Shown in pieces: positions 55,321-64,000 of a stretch of 64,000 nt of DNA. Both the position numbers and the translations under genes were made by a program. Source of the DNA: a virus. Lineage: Duplodnaviria; Caudoviricetes. The notes beneath the pieces are model-generated. The model ran no database searches and was not told the origin of the DNA. It saw nothing but the letters and a program-made list of their open reading frames with translations. Position 1 is the stretch's first letter; each line of letters begins with the position of its first letter. The stretch is from IMG/VR virus record IMGVR_UViG_3300025141_000075, positions 931-64,930 of that record. The stretch is one strand, 5' to 3'.

Positions 55321-55689
55321 CTAAATAGTAAATTGCAGCAAATCTGAAACTGAAATGCCGGGTAAATAATAAGAAATACTGACTGCTAATTTGTTTGCAT
55401 CTTGTTCAGCTGACGAAAATCTAATTTCATTTATTTGTATTGCCGGCATGTAAATTGCAATTTGTTCTCTTATTTTGGTATCAATTTCGCTATATGTATC
55501 GCCCGAGAAGTTGTGAAACAAATATTTTTTCATCCCCACTCCATAATCTGGATCCATCACTCTTTCACCGGGGATCGTAAGCAACAACATTTTAAGATTT
55601 TGTTTAGCAGTCGTAGCAATTCTTTTAAGCATTGTAAAACCATCAATATCATTTTTTGTTAAAGGGAGTGCTACACCAATTGAAGCCAT
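55321..55689 (-). CDS. Baseplate wedge / sheath initiator (gp25-like)
   Basis: KQNLKMLLLTIPGERVMDPDYGVG...LF. Confidence 0.92.
   Translation of the reverse strand: MASIGVALPLTKNDIDGFTMLKRIATTAKQNLKMLLLTIPGERVMDPDYGVGMKKYLFHNFSGDTYSEIDTKIREQIAIYMPAIQINEIRFSSAEQDANKLAVSISYYLPGISVSDLLQFTI
55322..55329 (-). promoter_or_regulatory. ACTATTTA putative late promoter
   Basis: Overlaps the gp25 stop codon; 24 nt upstream of the gp6 ATG. Confidence 0.45.
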
Positions 55690-55733
55690 TTTTTATTACC
55701 TCTTATTTAAATATATACTAAAACAATTACTTA

Positions 55734-58700
55734 TTATTCTTTTTTGCAAATATCGCCATTAGCATTGAAAGGATTAGAGCGAAGCATTTTACGCTTGTGC
55801 CATGGTATGTGGCGCAAGGCGGCATTAGATACAAACATGCTCTTGTAATTTTGAAGATGATAGGGTTTATTCAATTTTCCAATTCCGAGGCCACCAGCGC
55901 CAGCATTCTTGCTGGGATCGAACTTTCTATGGAAATAGTTTGTTTTGAACATTGCTTTAATCTTTGATTTTGTATAGTACAATTCTGACCGATCCCAATT
56001 GTCAAAATGTAGTAAATGTTTACCATATCCGCGAGCAAAGCCCGGATATCGCTGCCATTTTTGGGCCCAACCATCAGCGCCATCGACTAATGAATACACA
56101 ATCTGATCATTTTCGTCCATTGAGGTCTCAATGCTCATGCCCGGCTTTTCATCAATATCGGAATTGATAACATTCCTCTGTACTTCTCCAATTGAAGGTA
56201 TAAAGCCCATGGCCGAATAAATTGCCAAGGATGAGATAAATTTAGGTATCGGAAATACGTATTTAAATAATAATTGGAAGGCCGGCTCGTCAATCAGATT
56301 ATTTATTAAGCAGTACATCAGTTTACTATCATATTCTAAAGGTGGTATCTTACCAATTGGGACATCAAGGGCATCAACCTCTGTATGTAAGAGTACTCTT
56401 TTCCTAGTGTCCATCACCAGAGTAAATTTGAGCCCATACCGAACCCCCAATTTTCCTTCAATACCTACAACCTGATCGGTTGTCCGGCCGTCGGCGTCAG
56501 TAACGGGCGCCGTACGGAGCTTCATAGTGCCGGGATATACCTCTGAAATATTTTTAGTTGCGTCGGCTTGCCTGAGCTTCGCCATCCCGGCCTCTACTGT
56601 ATACTCTTCATTATCAATAAGCATATATGTTTCTGCCATAAACGGCTTAGTTGGGTCATCCACTGCCGAAACGAGACTTCCTATACCACCGATCGGCAAT
56701 TTTACTCTATTTGCCAAAGGTTCTAGAACCTCATGATCTGAGTCAGTGTGTTCCTCTCCTTCCATGAAGATTATTTTATCTTCTTCATTCCTATGTACGT
56801 GGTAATACCCAACATAAGAATTACCATCTGGGTAAATCAATTCGCCGCCGATCGTGTAAAGTCCGGAGGTTTCTTCTTCAGGAAATCCGATTGGTTCTTC
56901 TAATATGGTTTTGTGTAAATCTAACTGAGTGTTGGAGGATAGGTTTTGAAGCACATAGTATCCCAAATTGCGATACATGGAATCTATACCTTCCATCTTT
57001 GCTATAGTTAGGCTTTTCTCAAAGGCCTCGCCAAGAGAATCAAGCTCAATAGACACAAACTCTGTCAGTATGATCTTGGCATCGTCTTCGGTAGCTTGTA
57101 CACCTTCTAACACTTTTTCGTACCGGTAATTCTTGAATGATTCTTTACGCGATGTATCTCCGATAAGTTTTGCCATTTTAAAATCTTGTCTTGAGGGCAT
57201 TTTGTAACTCATTTCGAAGTTTTCCATCCTCTCAAGAGCAGCAACAATCTCTTCTGATGGTTCTCGTATATCGCCGGTCTCAACTAACCTAGCATATGTT
57301 TGGACAGCTTGTTCCAAAAATGCATACCAAAATTCATCATCTTTGAATGATGTAAACATCTCCATGATATCATTTTGTGCATCTTTAAGACCTTCTTCCA
57401 TAACTTCTACAATATACGAAGCAAAAAGGTTGCTATAATTTTCTTTAAAGTCTGGAGCAAATTTACTAATCACTGGGTAAGCTTTAATCATTTCCATGCT
57501 GCCGAATACCCTACATGCAGCTTTGACGACCGCTTCAATGGTAGACTTCGGTGCACGATGTAAAATTCTATTATATGGTTTCTCAGAAACGCATTTAGGA
57601 TTTTTTTGTAATCTTTTGTCTTCGGCAATTTTAGAATACGATACATCAATACTGTTTTTTATCTCTTCAAAATCAACAAAAGGTTTACTTCTGGGTTCGC
57701 AGGCGGAGTGTTCTGGGTATAGGGCTTGTGCCATACCCAGCCAGCCGCTGGCCGAGGGCGACTTAATATAAAATGGGGGATTCACGTTTTTGCCGCCATA
57801 ATCTTTTGGATCTAAATAAAATACTCGGTTTTCTGGTCCTTCTTTATTTTCTGCCTCAAACTGCATGCGGCTGATACCCAGAGGCAGTGTTCGCATCTTC
57901 CAGTCAGAGTCTTCTTCTATCCGCTTCATAATATATTCGAAGACAGTCAAGAATTCTCCGTTTTCTTCAAATCCATAATCTATCTGGCTTTTAGTTATGG
58001 AGTCTGCCGCGGCGCCATAACGGAAGGCCGGCTCGTTATCTACGATTTCGGCAGACAACGCTTTCCAAATTTTGTTCATAGTATCATTATAAACCGTTTC
58101 CAAGCGGCCTGTCGCCATCGTTTGTCCAAGGGCGGCCTTGGTGGCCATCTCACCAAGTAGAACAAGTTGTGGAGGGACGAGGGTTGCATTAATGGGATCA
58201 GTTAGTGCTTGATCAAATTTAATATAATGACCGGTGCCGACAAGTGGGTTGTCATCTAATACATTGTCTTTGGCTATAAACTCATATTCTTGCCATGTGA
58301 TTGGTTGCCACGGGGCATCGCCACCGCGAGTTTCCTGTTCTTTTTCGCCTGCAATAAAGAAATTATCACCAGAACTCGGGGATGAATTATCGATAGTTTT
58401 ATGAACGACCATTCTTGAGGTGTCGCCCGGGCGCCAGTAGAATTCTCCATCTTCTTTTCTAATATCATTAGTGAATAGTTCTATATCAAATCCATATGTA
58501 AATACTTCATGATCATTAACTGTTTCAGGGGTTCCGAAATAGCCACCATCTCTATAACTTAAGCTTAAATCAGGAGTTCTCTTTCTAGCATATTTCATGA
58601 ATTTGACGCGTTGGTCGCCCCATTCAACAATCGGCTTTACGTTGTAGCCGTGATCTGGTAAAATTGTTAATTCTACATCAATATCCGTATATTCTTCGGC

Positions 58701-61700
58701 GCCTATTCCAAACCATCCGCCGGAGGTTTTACCTTTTCTAATGAATCCAAGCTCTTCATAATTTTGATAAAATATTTCAGTATCTGCTACATCCATAGTT
58801 GCTCTGAAATCATGGTTATCCGGCAATTGTCGGAATTCGCCTTGAAGTTGTTTGGCTATAGTTTTTGGGTATGCACCATATTGATCTTCGTGGCCGGCCC
58901 ACGCGCTTTTCTCTGTGGGCGGGTTATTCGGGGTATAAGGAACATAATAATCGACATATCTAGTGAACCCAAAGATGCTTGAGAATGTTGTCATATCACT
59001 GTGATTTGAATATGGTCTCCCCATCGTATCTGACAGTACCATATTCAACCAACCCCACTGATGGGCCCTATCATGACCTTCACCCATCATATCGCGATAG
59101 AAGGCGGCTTCTATTGCAGAAAATGCTGCTTTTGATGTGCCGGTCACCGATTCTCGGAGGACAGGTGGGTCGTATGGTAATATACCATCATCACAAGTTG
59201 GTTCAGTTGACATGATAGGCGGCATATTTTCATCCAACCAAGCAGGAACTCCTTTTTGAAAAATGTCTCCAATATCCTGTAATTCTTGCTTGAGGGTGTC
59301 ACGGCCGGCATCACAAAGACGTTGGATTTGATTCGGTGAGGCGCGACCGGTGAGCAGCTGGGCACGAGTAGAACAAAATTCTTCTACTTCTTCCGGTGTA
59401 GCGCAGAGACTAGGATTGGCTGGCATCATGTCGTCATCTTCTAGCATGCCTCTAAACTTATTAAGTTCATCTCTGGCTTCAAGTGGCATCAATTTACCAA
59501 TATTTTCAAAGAAAGCTGCAGCCTTACTACGATTACCGAATGTGCTAGCATATTCTGGGTATTCAAATTCAACAAGACTTTCTAAAACATTTAAGAATGT
59601 ACTAGATGCATCTCCAGAAACCGCGTCGGTTAACTCTTTACGAGTTACAGCCGAAGATAGGTCTTCAACAAAGTTGGTAATTTTTTCTTTGTCTGAGAAT
59701 GCCGCAGAGCCATCGCCGAAGCTTTGGAAGATACCTTGAACTGTTTCTTCTATTTCTGCTGGATCTGAATCTGGACCACAAATCGCATCTTTAACAACGT
59801 CATGGAAACTTTTTGGCGAACCAGTAAGAGCATTTGCGACTGTAGCACCAACAATTTCTAAAGCTTTACAAAGAGCATCTGATAGTAATTGGCATAACCA
59901 AACCATCAAATTCATAATAATAATGATGAGCAATTGTTGTAAAATTTTCTTTGCTAGCCATAAAAGAAATGCCAAAATGTCATCTAACTTCGGAATCCAC
60001 GCAAACAAGTTATCTATTCTTGGCAAGCCAATGGCCCACTTACCTTTACAAAATGGAAGTGCTAAATCACCCAAGAAATCAGCCAATGTTGGATTGAATA
60101 ATGGTGGACGTGGGCAATCCAAAGTAGCAATCAAGTATTTAATTATCGGGGCGCCGGGAATGTCATCAAGCATCTTTACCAAGTCTGTGAGATTATCAGA
60201 GTATTCTTCAATCAACAAACTGACGTATGCTTCCATAACAATGCTTGGGTTCAAATCGTCACCAATACCCTTCACTTGTGCTGCGACCGTTGCTCTAGAT
60301 AGTTGGGATTCTTGGCTGCCCTTTCTGGGTGTGCCCGCTGGTGAGAAATCAGACAAGGGGCCTTCTCTCATATAATTTCTTTTTTGTTCCTCAACTATTT
60401 CTTTATTCTCCCAAGGTTTTTCAATTGTGATGCTTTTAGCAAATAAGGGTGCTCCATGAGGTACTCCCGAACTTCCATCTCTATTTCTGGTTTCAATAGA
60501 GTCGGACAAATTCTGACCCGGCGAGCCTTCACTGAAGATATTGCCGGAAGCTAATTTTTGTTTAACCATGGCATCAAGCTTAGCTTGTTTATCAGGAGGT
60601 AAGCCAACAAATAAGAATCCAAAATCTTCAATATTCATGGCTCTTAACGCCGACCTTACTGCGGCCGCTACGAGTTCTTCAAAAGTAAGACCTGAAAACA
60701 AACATTCGATAACGTCAAGCATCATATCCATTAGAAAACACAGTAAGGCAGGATCTAGACCATGGAACCAAATTTTATCCAACATCTGCTGCCCTGTTCC
60801 GCCGGCGATTGAAGACATCCTCGCACACATGCCAGCAAATAGCATATCTTTGTCTTTAATTTCACCAAATGCCTGTTGTTGGGCATATTGGAATATCGTC
60901 TTTTCTCTTTCCTCTAGAGGTAGGTCAGGGTTTCCTCCGGGGTCTTGTACTTTTCCGATCTTAAAGTCTTCTTGGAGCATTTCGCGATAATCACCAAGAC
61001 ATAAAGACTTGTGGAATTGGGCGGCGAGAGCATCTCCCATGTCGAAAATATCATCTTTGATATCTTGACCCAGTTGTTTAAACTCAGCCTCTAGATTATC
61101 GCCAATGCACCCCATAATTGTTTTTTCTGCATCTCCAGAGTCTGATGAGTCGGATAATTTCACTGGATCTGCAACTTTGACGCTTTTGATGGGTGGGTAA
61201 GTATAATTGACCACTGTATCTAGCCATGGTTTTGGTGCCCGGGCCTGAGCATCTCTTAGGAGTTCACCTTGGTGCGCAAAGTATGAGACAGCGGTGGGGT
61301 CATTCCATCCCATTTTAGAGTTCAGAACACTAAGTTTAGCTGGACCGAAGACTTTTGCATCACAGCCGCCCTGCAGGTGAACTTTCATTTTCTTTAATTC
61401 ATATTCGTGTGTGAAAGTGAAATCAATTTTTGTCGCGACGGACCAATGCATATTAAAAAACATAGGGAATGGGCGTAAGAAAATATCATATCTTTGCAGA
61501 AAATGATCCAACGCTGGAACCATTCGTTCTGTAATTGATTTACCAAAGGGCGCAGAATCACCATATAGGTCAAGATTAAAGACGCCACCTTTTATAAAGA
61601 ATAAATTCTTACCCTCTATAGCACGATACACTTTTAAATTACTTGAATAATAATCCAATGCTCTTCTAACACGGATCATATTACCTATTAACTTTGAGGC

Positions 61701-62246
61701 GAACAAGGTTACATCAATGTCGTCAGTATTGGGCTCTTCTTCTTCATCATTATATGGGGCTTCTGGAAGCTCTGCAATTGTACTATGAGGCACTGAGTAT
61801 AGAAATTTAAGATGAGACATTGGGCGAGCATCTAGTTCCCAATCTGACCACTCCATAGCATCTACTATTTTTTTAATTGAGGTTTCACTCGCATCTTTGT
61901 TGTAATATCCAGCGAGTGTTTCGGCAGCGTTATCCTTAAAAATTTCGGCTCGTTCTTCTAAAACTATTTGGGCTTGTTCTTCAGTTGCATTGGGTCCGAA
62001 TTTTTCATATGCACCAGTATCAGTATAGGGAGTTGGATATGTTATTTGGTATACACATCTCCTTTCATTCAAAAACGGATCATTCTTGCTTCTAGGGCGC
62101 CATCGCGGTACCAAAGCTGTTGGTTTTGGTATGCATGATGGACACTTTGGTGCCTGAATTGGTATTTGCGGAGTACAGACATCCGGTAAACCATCATTGT
62201 TCTTATCTTGATATTTTAAAAATTTTGAAACTTCCCAATTTGACAT
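55734..62246 (-). CDS. Very large hypothetical baseplate-region protein
   Basis: 2170 aa; Cys-rich helical centre with hydrophobic segment ILAFLLWLAKKILQQLLIIIIMNLMVWLC; lies between the spike-like gene and gp25. Confidence 0.75.
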   Translation of the reverse strand: MSNWEVSKFLKYQDKNNDGLPDVCTPQIPIQAPKCPSCIPKPTALVPRWRPRSKNDPFLNERRCVYQITYPTPYTDTGAYEKFGPNATEEQAQIVLEERAEIFKDNAAETLAGYYNKDASETSIKKIVDAMEWSDWELDARPMSHLKFLYSVPHSTIAELPEAPYNDEEEEPNTDDIDVTLFASKLIGNMIRVRRALDYYSSNLKVYRAIEGKNLFFIKGGVFNLDLYGDSAPFGKSITERMVPALDHFLQRYDIFLRPFPMFFNMHWSVATKIDFTFTHEYELKKMKVHLQGGCDAKVFGPAKLSVLNSKMGWNDPTAVSYFAHQGELLRDAQARAPKPWLDTVVNYTYPPIKSVKVADPVKLSDSSDSGDAEKTIMGCIGDNLEAEFKQLGQDIKDDIFDMGDALAAQFHKSLCLGDYREMLQEDFKIGKVQDPGGNPDLPLEEREKTIFQYAQQQAFGEIKDKDMLFAGMCARMSSIAGGTGQQMLDKIWFHGLDPALLCFLMDMMLDVIECLFSGLTFEELVAAAVRSALRAMNIEDFGFLFVGLPPDKQAKLDAMVKQKLASGNIFSEGSPGQNLSDSIETRNRDGSSGVPHGAPLFAKSITIEKPWENKEIVEEQKRNYMREGPLSDFSPAGTPRKGSQESQLSRATVAAQVKGIGDDLNPSIVMEAYVSLLIEEYSDNLTDLVKMLDDIPGAPIIKYLIATLDCPRPPLFNPTLADFLGDLALPFCKGKWAIGLPRIDNLFAWIPKLDDILAFLLWLAKKILQQLLIIIIMNLMVWLCQLLSDALCKALEIVGATVANALTGSPKSFHDVVKDAICGPDSDPAEIEETVQGIFQSFGDGSAAFSDKEKITNFVEDLSSAVTRKELTDAVSGDASSTFLNVLESLVEFEYPEYASTFGNRSKAAAFFENIGKLMPLEARDELNKFRGMLEDDDMMPANPSLCATPEEVEEFCSTRAQLLTGRASPNQIQRLCDAGRDTLKQELQDIGDIFQKGVPAWLDENMPPIMSTEPTCDDGILPYDPPVLRESVTGTSKAAFSAIEAAFYRDMMGEGHDRAHQWGWLNMVLSDTMGRPYSNHSDMTTFSSIFGFTRYVDYYVPYTPNNPPTEKSAWAGHEDQYGAYPKTIAKQLQGEFRQLPDNHDFRATMDVADTEIFYQNYEELGFIRKGKTSGGWFGIGAEEYTDIDVELTILPDHGYNVKPIVEWGDQRVKFMKYARKRTPDLSLSYRDGGYFGTPETVNDHEVFTYGFDIELFTNDIRKEDGEFYWRPGDTSRMVVHKTIDNSSPSSGDNFFIAGEKEQETRGGDAPWQPITWQEYEFIAKDNVLDDNPLVGTGHYIKFDQALTDPINATLVPPQLVLLGEMATKAALGQTMATGRLETVYNDTMNKIWKALSAEIVDNEPAFRYGAAADSITKSQIDYGFEENGEFLTVFEYIMKRIEEDSDWKMRTLPLGISRMQFEAENKEGPENRVFYLDPKDYGGKNVNPPFYIKSPSASGWLGMAQALYPEHSACEPRSKPFVDFEEIKNSIDVSYSKIAEDKRLQKNPKCVSEKPYNRILHRAPKSTIEAVVKAACRVFGSMEMIKAYPVISKFAPDFKENYSNLFASYIVEVMEEGLKDAQNDIMEMFTSFKDDEFWYAFLEQAVQTYARLVETGDIREPSEEIVAALERMENFEMSYKMPSRQDFKMAKLIGDTSRKESFKNYRYEKVLEGVQATEDDAKIILTEFVSIELDSLGEAFEKSLTIAKMEGIDSMYRNLGYYVLQNLSSNTQLDLHKTILEEPIGFPEEETSGLYTIGGELIYPDGNSYVGYYHVHRNEEDKIIFMEGEEHTDSDHEVLEPLANRVKLPIGGIGSLVSAVDDPTKPFMAETYMLIDNEEYTVEAGMAKLRQADATKNISEVYPGTMKLRTAPVTDADGRTTDQVVGIEGKLGVRYGLKFTLVMDTRKRVLLHTEVDALDVPIGKIPPLEYDSKLMYCLINNLIDEPAFQLLFKYVFPIPKFISSLAIYSAMGFIPSIGEVQRNVINSDIDEKPGMSIETSMDENDQIVYSLVDGADGWAQKWQRYPGFARGYGKHLLHFDNWDRSELYYTKSKIKAMFKTNYFHRKFDPSKNAGAGGLGIGKLNKPYHLQNYKSMFVSNAALRHIPWHKRKMLRSNPFNANGDICKKE

Positions 62247-62257
62247 TTTATTCTCTC

Positions 62258-63295
62258 TTATGTTGCCCTAATGCTTCTACTGCCAATAAATTTATATCCG
62301 CCATGTTCTAAGTGATCAAAATCTATGGCCATCCGCTGTGCGCGAGAGTGATATAAACCATTTTGACCCAGAATCATAATTATCTGTCCAAGAACACCCA
62401 CGAGAACCTGAACAATTATGTTGAGGATAGCCATGAAACTAAACGGGAGCGGAGTATAAGTTACACTAAGATTCATAATGATCGTGCAAATAGCTTGTAA
62501 TAAGATTGATTGGTTTGTAACGGAGCTATATAAATCATCAGTTAACGCGCTAACTTCCTTTAAATAGTCTCTAATATTATATGTTTTACAAACGGGTTGA
62601 AGATCCAACAATTGTTCTGGAATGTTCCACGGATTCCACACGTACCGGTCACCGTTGAAAGCACCAGCAATCATATCAATTCCGCCCGCAACGGGAAGCT
62701 TCCCGCCTTTTGATGTTGTTTCTCCGCGAATACCGAACCCTCTAACATTGTTACCGCCACCGGTGCAGATTTTAATACCGGTGCGACCCATAATCCTCGT
62801 TTGGTCTGATTTGATCGCCACAGTTGAGACACCTTTTGGGTTTCCGACAATACCTTCAACTAAACCGAAATTTTGATCTACGTTGGTTGTTTCACATATA
62901 TAAATTCTTGCAGCATCAGCAAAGAAATTATTGTCGACGTAAGTTCCGGGTGGCACACCATCTCCTTTGTTGACCGAAGCCATGCGACCCACTACCAGAT
63001 CAATTCTAGAAGATCCAATACTTTTATTTTGATGACCGGTCCAGCCGCGAGCGCCGAAGCCGGAGCCACGAGAATCGGGACGATCAAGACCAAGTGTTAT
63101 TTGGGCGCCGCCCGGATTAGAAATAACCGTTTCGTTTGAAGCATATTTATAAATGGCTCTAGGGGTACCCTTCGGGTCTGAGTTTAAGATTCCAGCCTCT
63201 GCCAATCCATTGTTGATTAATTTCTGTATATCTTTGAGGGGCTTACCGCCTCTTTTGGCATAAGCTACACTTCCTTTCGGATTACCTTTCTTCAT
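62258..63295 (-). CDS. Putative baseplate hub/spike (gp5-like) protein
   Basis: ITLGLDRP...IDLVVGR...DAARIYI...VAIKSDQTRIMGR beta-repeat-like region; position upstream of gp25; hydrophobic C-terminus. Confidence 0.5.
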   Translation of the reverse strand: MKKGNPKGSVAYAKRGGKPLKDIQKLINNGLAEAGILNSDPKGTPRAIYKYASNETVISNPGGAQITLGLDRPDSRGSGFGARGWTGHQNKSIGSSRIDLVVGRMASVNKGDGVPPGTYVDNNFFADAARIYICETTNVDQNFGLVEGIVGNPKGVSTVAIKSDQTRIMGRTGIKICTGGGNNVRGFGIRGETTSKGGKLPVAGGIDMIAGAFNGDRYVWNPWNIPEQLLDLQPVCKTYNIRDYLKEVSALTDDLYSSVTNQSILLQAICTIIMNLSVTYTPLPFSFMAILNIIVQVLVGVLGQIIMILGQNGLYHSRAQRMAIDFDHLEHGGYKFIGSRSIRAT

Positions 63296-63319
63296 TTATT
63301 TTCCTTTTAATAATAATTG

Positions 63320-64000
63320 TTAAACTGTCGCACTATCATAATAAGTTTTGGCTGTTGTCCATATGGTTGCCTTTTTACGTCTGTAATTCACCCATTTAGG
63401 ATCGTTACTATTAACTCTTTCTTGCTTATCGCTGGGGCTGAGCCACTTAAGAATGTGTAATTTTGCCCACTGTTCACCAGTCGTTGCGCTAGCAAAACCT
63501 CTATTTTTTAAGTGAGAAGCCATGAAGTCAATTCCATCCTCTTCTTTTTCGAAGGCGGCAAACCATCTATTCTTTTCTCTACGATCGCCAGTGCCACCGG
63601 CACCTTCGGTTGATGGGACGGAACATTTTATTAGGCCTACACCCCAACCTCCTCTGAGATCCGTCATAATCCCATAACGATTATAATTATAACCTGTTAC
63701 TTTACCACCTTTACCTTGTTCTTGAATTGCAATTGCTATAATAGAGAGCGCCAATGTCTTATTTGAGATTCGGCTTTTTACAATTTTAGCATATTCGTTA
63801 AGTGGGGTCGCGATCCATTTTTTCGTTATACCATCTCTATCTGCATTACACTCAGGATATTCTGCGCGCACGGCTGATGTGTCGCCCACTGTGGAATTAA
63901 AATTAAAACCCGATTTATCTTCAATACAGGATTGTTCGGTCAATGTTTGTTCATTAAAATACATGCTAGGCTTAGAAATGGTAGATACAAAACGACCTAC
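63320..64000 (-). CDS. Lysozyme-fold (GH73 glucosaminidase-like) cell-wall hydrolase; may be 5'-truncated by the window
   Basis: IIAIAIQEQG...NYNRYGI...WFAAF...DGIDFMASHL parallels the GH73 pattern AQAxLESG...NNxFGI...F..Y; the frame stays open to 64000. Confidence 0.55.
   Translation of the reverse strand, partial: VGRFVSTISKPSMYFNEQTLTEQSCIEDKSGFNFNSTVGDTSAVRAEYPECNADRDGITKKWIATPLNEYAKIVKSRISNKTLALSIIAIAIQEQGKGGKVTGYNYNRYGIMTDLRGGWGVGLIKCSVPSTEGAGGTGDRREKNRWFAAFEKEEDGIDFMASHLKNRGFASATTGEQWAKLHILKWLSPSDKQERVNSNDPKWVNYRRKKATIWTTAKTYYDSATV

Noticed and set aside
55734-62246. 2170-aa protein as tape measure
   Set aside because: It is Cys/Pro/aromatic-rich, lacks Ala/Gly-rich helical periodicity, and has no adjacent tube or chaperone genes.
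62561-62568. Additional ACTATTTA copy
   Set aside because: It is over 300 nt from the next start and inside a CDS, compatible with chance.
381-63139. All plus-strand ORFs in the track (e.g. 8170..8883 237 aa, 12867..13442 191 aa, 39873..40259)
   Set aside because: They are antisense shadows of well-supported minus-strand genes, with no recognisable motifs; the window is uniformly minus-strand coded.
1-64000. CRISPR array, tRNAs, introns/inteins, IS elements, stop-codon recoding
   Set aside because: I saw no spaced repeats or cloverleafs, and intergenic gaps are tiny. Terminase, portal and primase appear uninterrupted. TAA, TAG and TGA all end genes at sensible places.

Overview
This is a 64 kb segment of a large, AT-rich, T4-like myovirus (probably a jumbo phage). 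All credible genes lie on the minus strand and use the standard code with clear Shine-Dalgarno sites. In transcription order (right to left) the window has five blocks. (1) Baseplate/tail: a GH73-like cell-wall hydrolase, a spike-like protein, a 2170-aa protein, gp25, gp6, a 4034-aa LamG protein and tail-collar-like proteins. (2) Replication/recombination with sigma70-type promoters: RuvC-like resolvase, FKBP PPIase, primase and a fused SbcD-SbcC. (3) An FtsZ/tubulin homologue, followed by a holin/spanin-like trio. (4) Head packaging: terminase gp17, portal gp20, prohead protease gp21 and ribosomal protein bS21. (5) A cluster of paralogous fibre genes. The most notable signals are a family of unrelated genes sharing N-terminal leaders that resemble capsid-targeting/protease-cleavage signals; a 26-bp duplication that gives FtsZ and the neighbouring ParB-domain protein the same C-terminus (SMNGLAT); pervasive [S/T]-[G/A/S]-S motifs in a subset of virion proteins; a recurrent ACTATTTA late-promoter-like motif; and strong over-representation of GGCGCC. 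I recognised no major capsid protein, tRNA or CRISPR array. All assignments come from motif recognition by eye, not from database searches.
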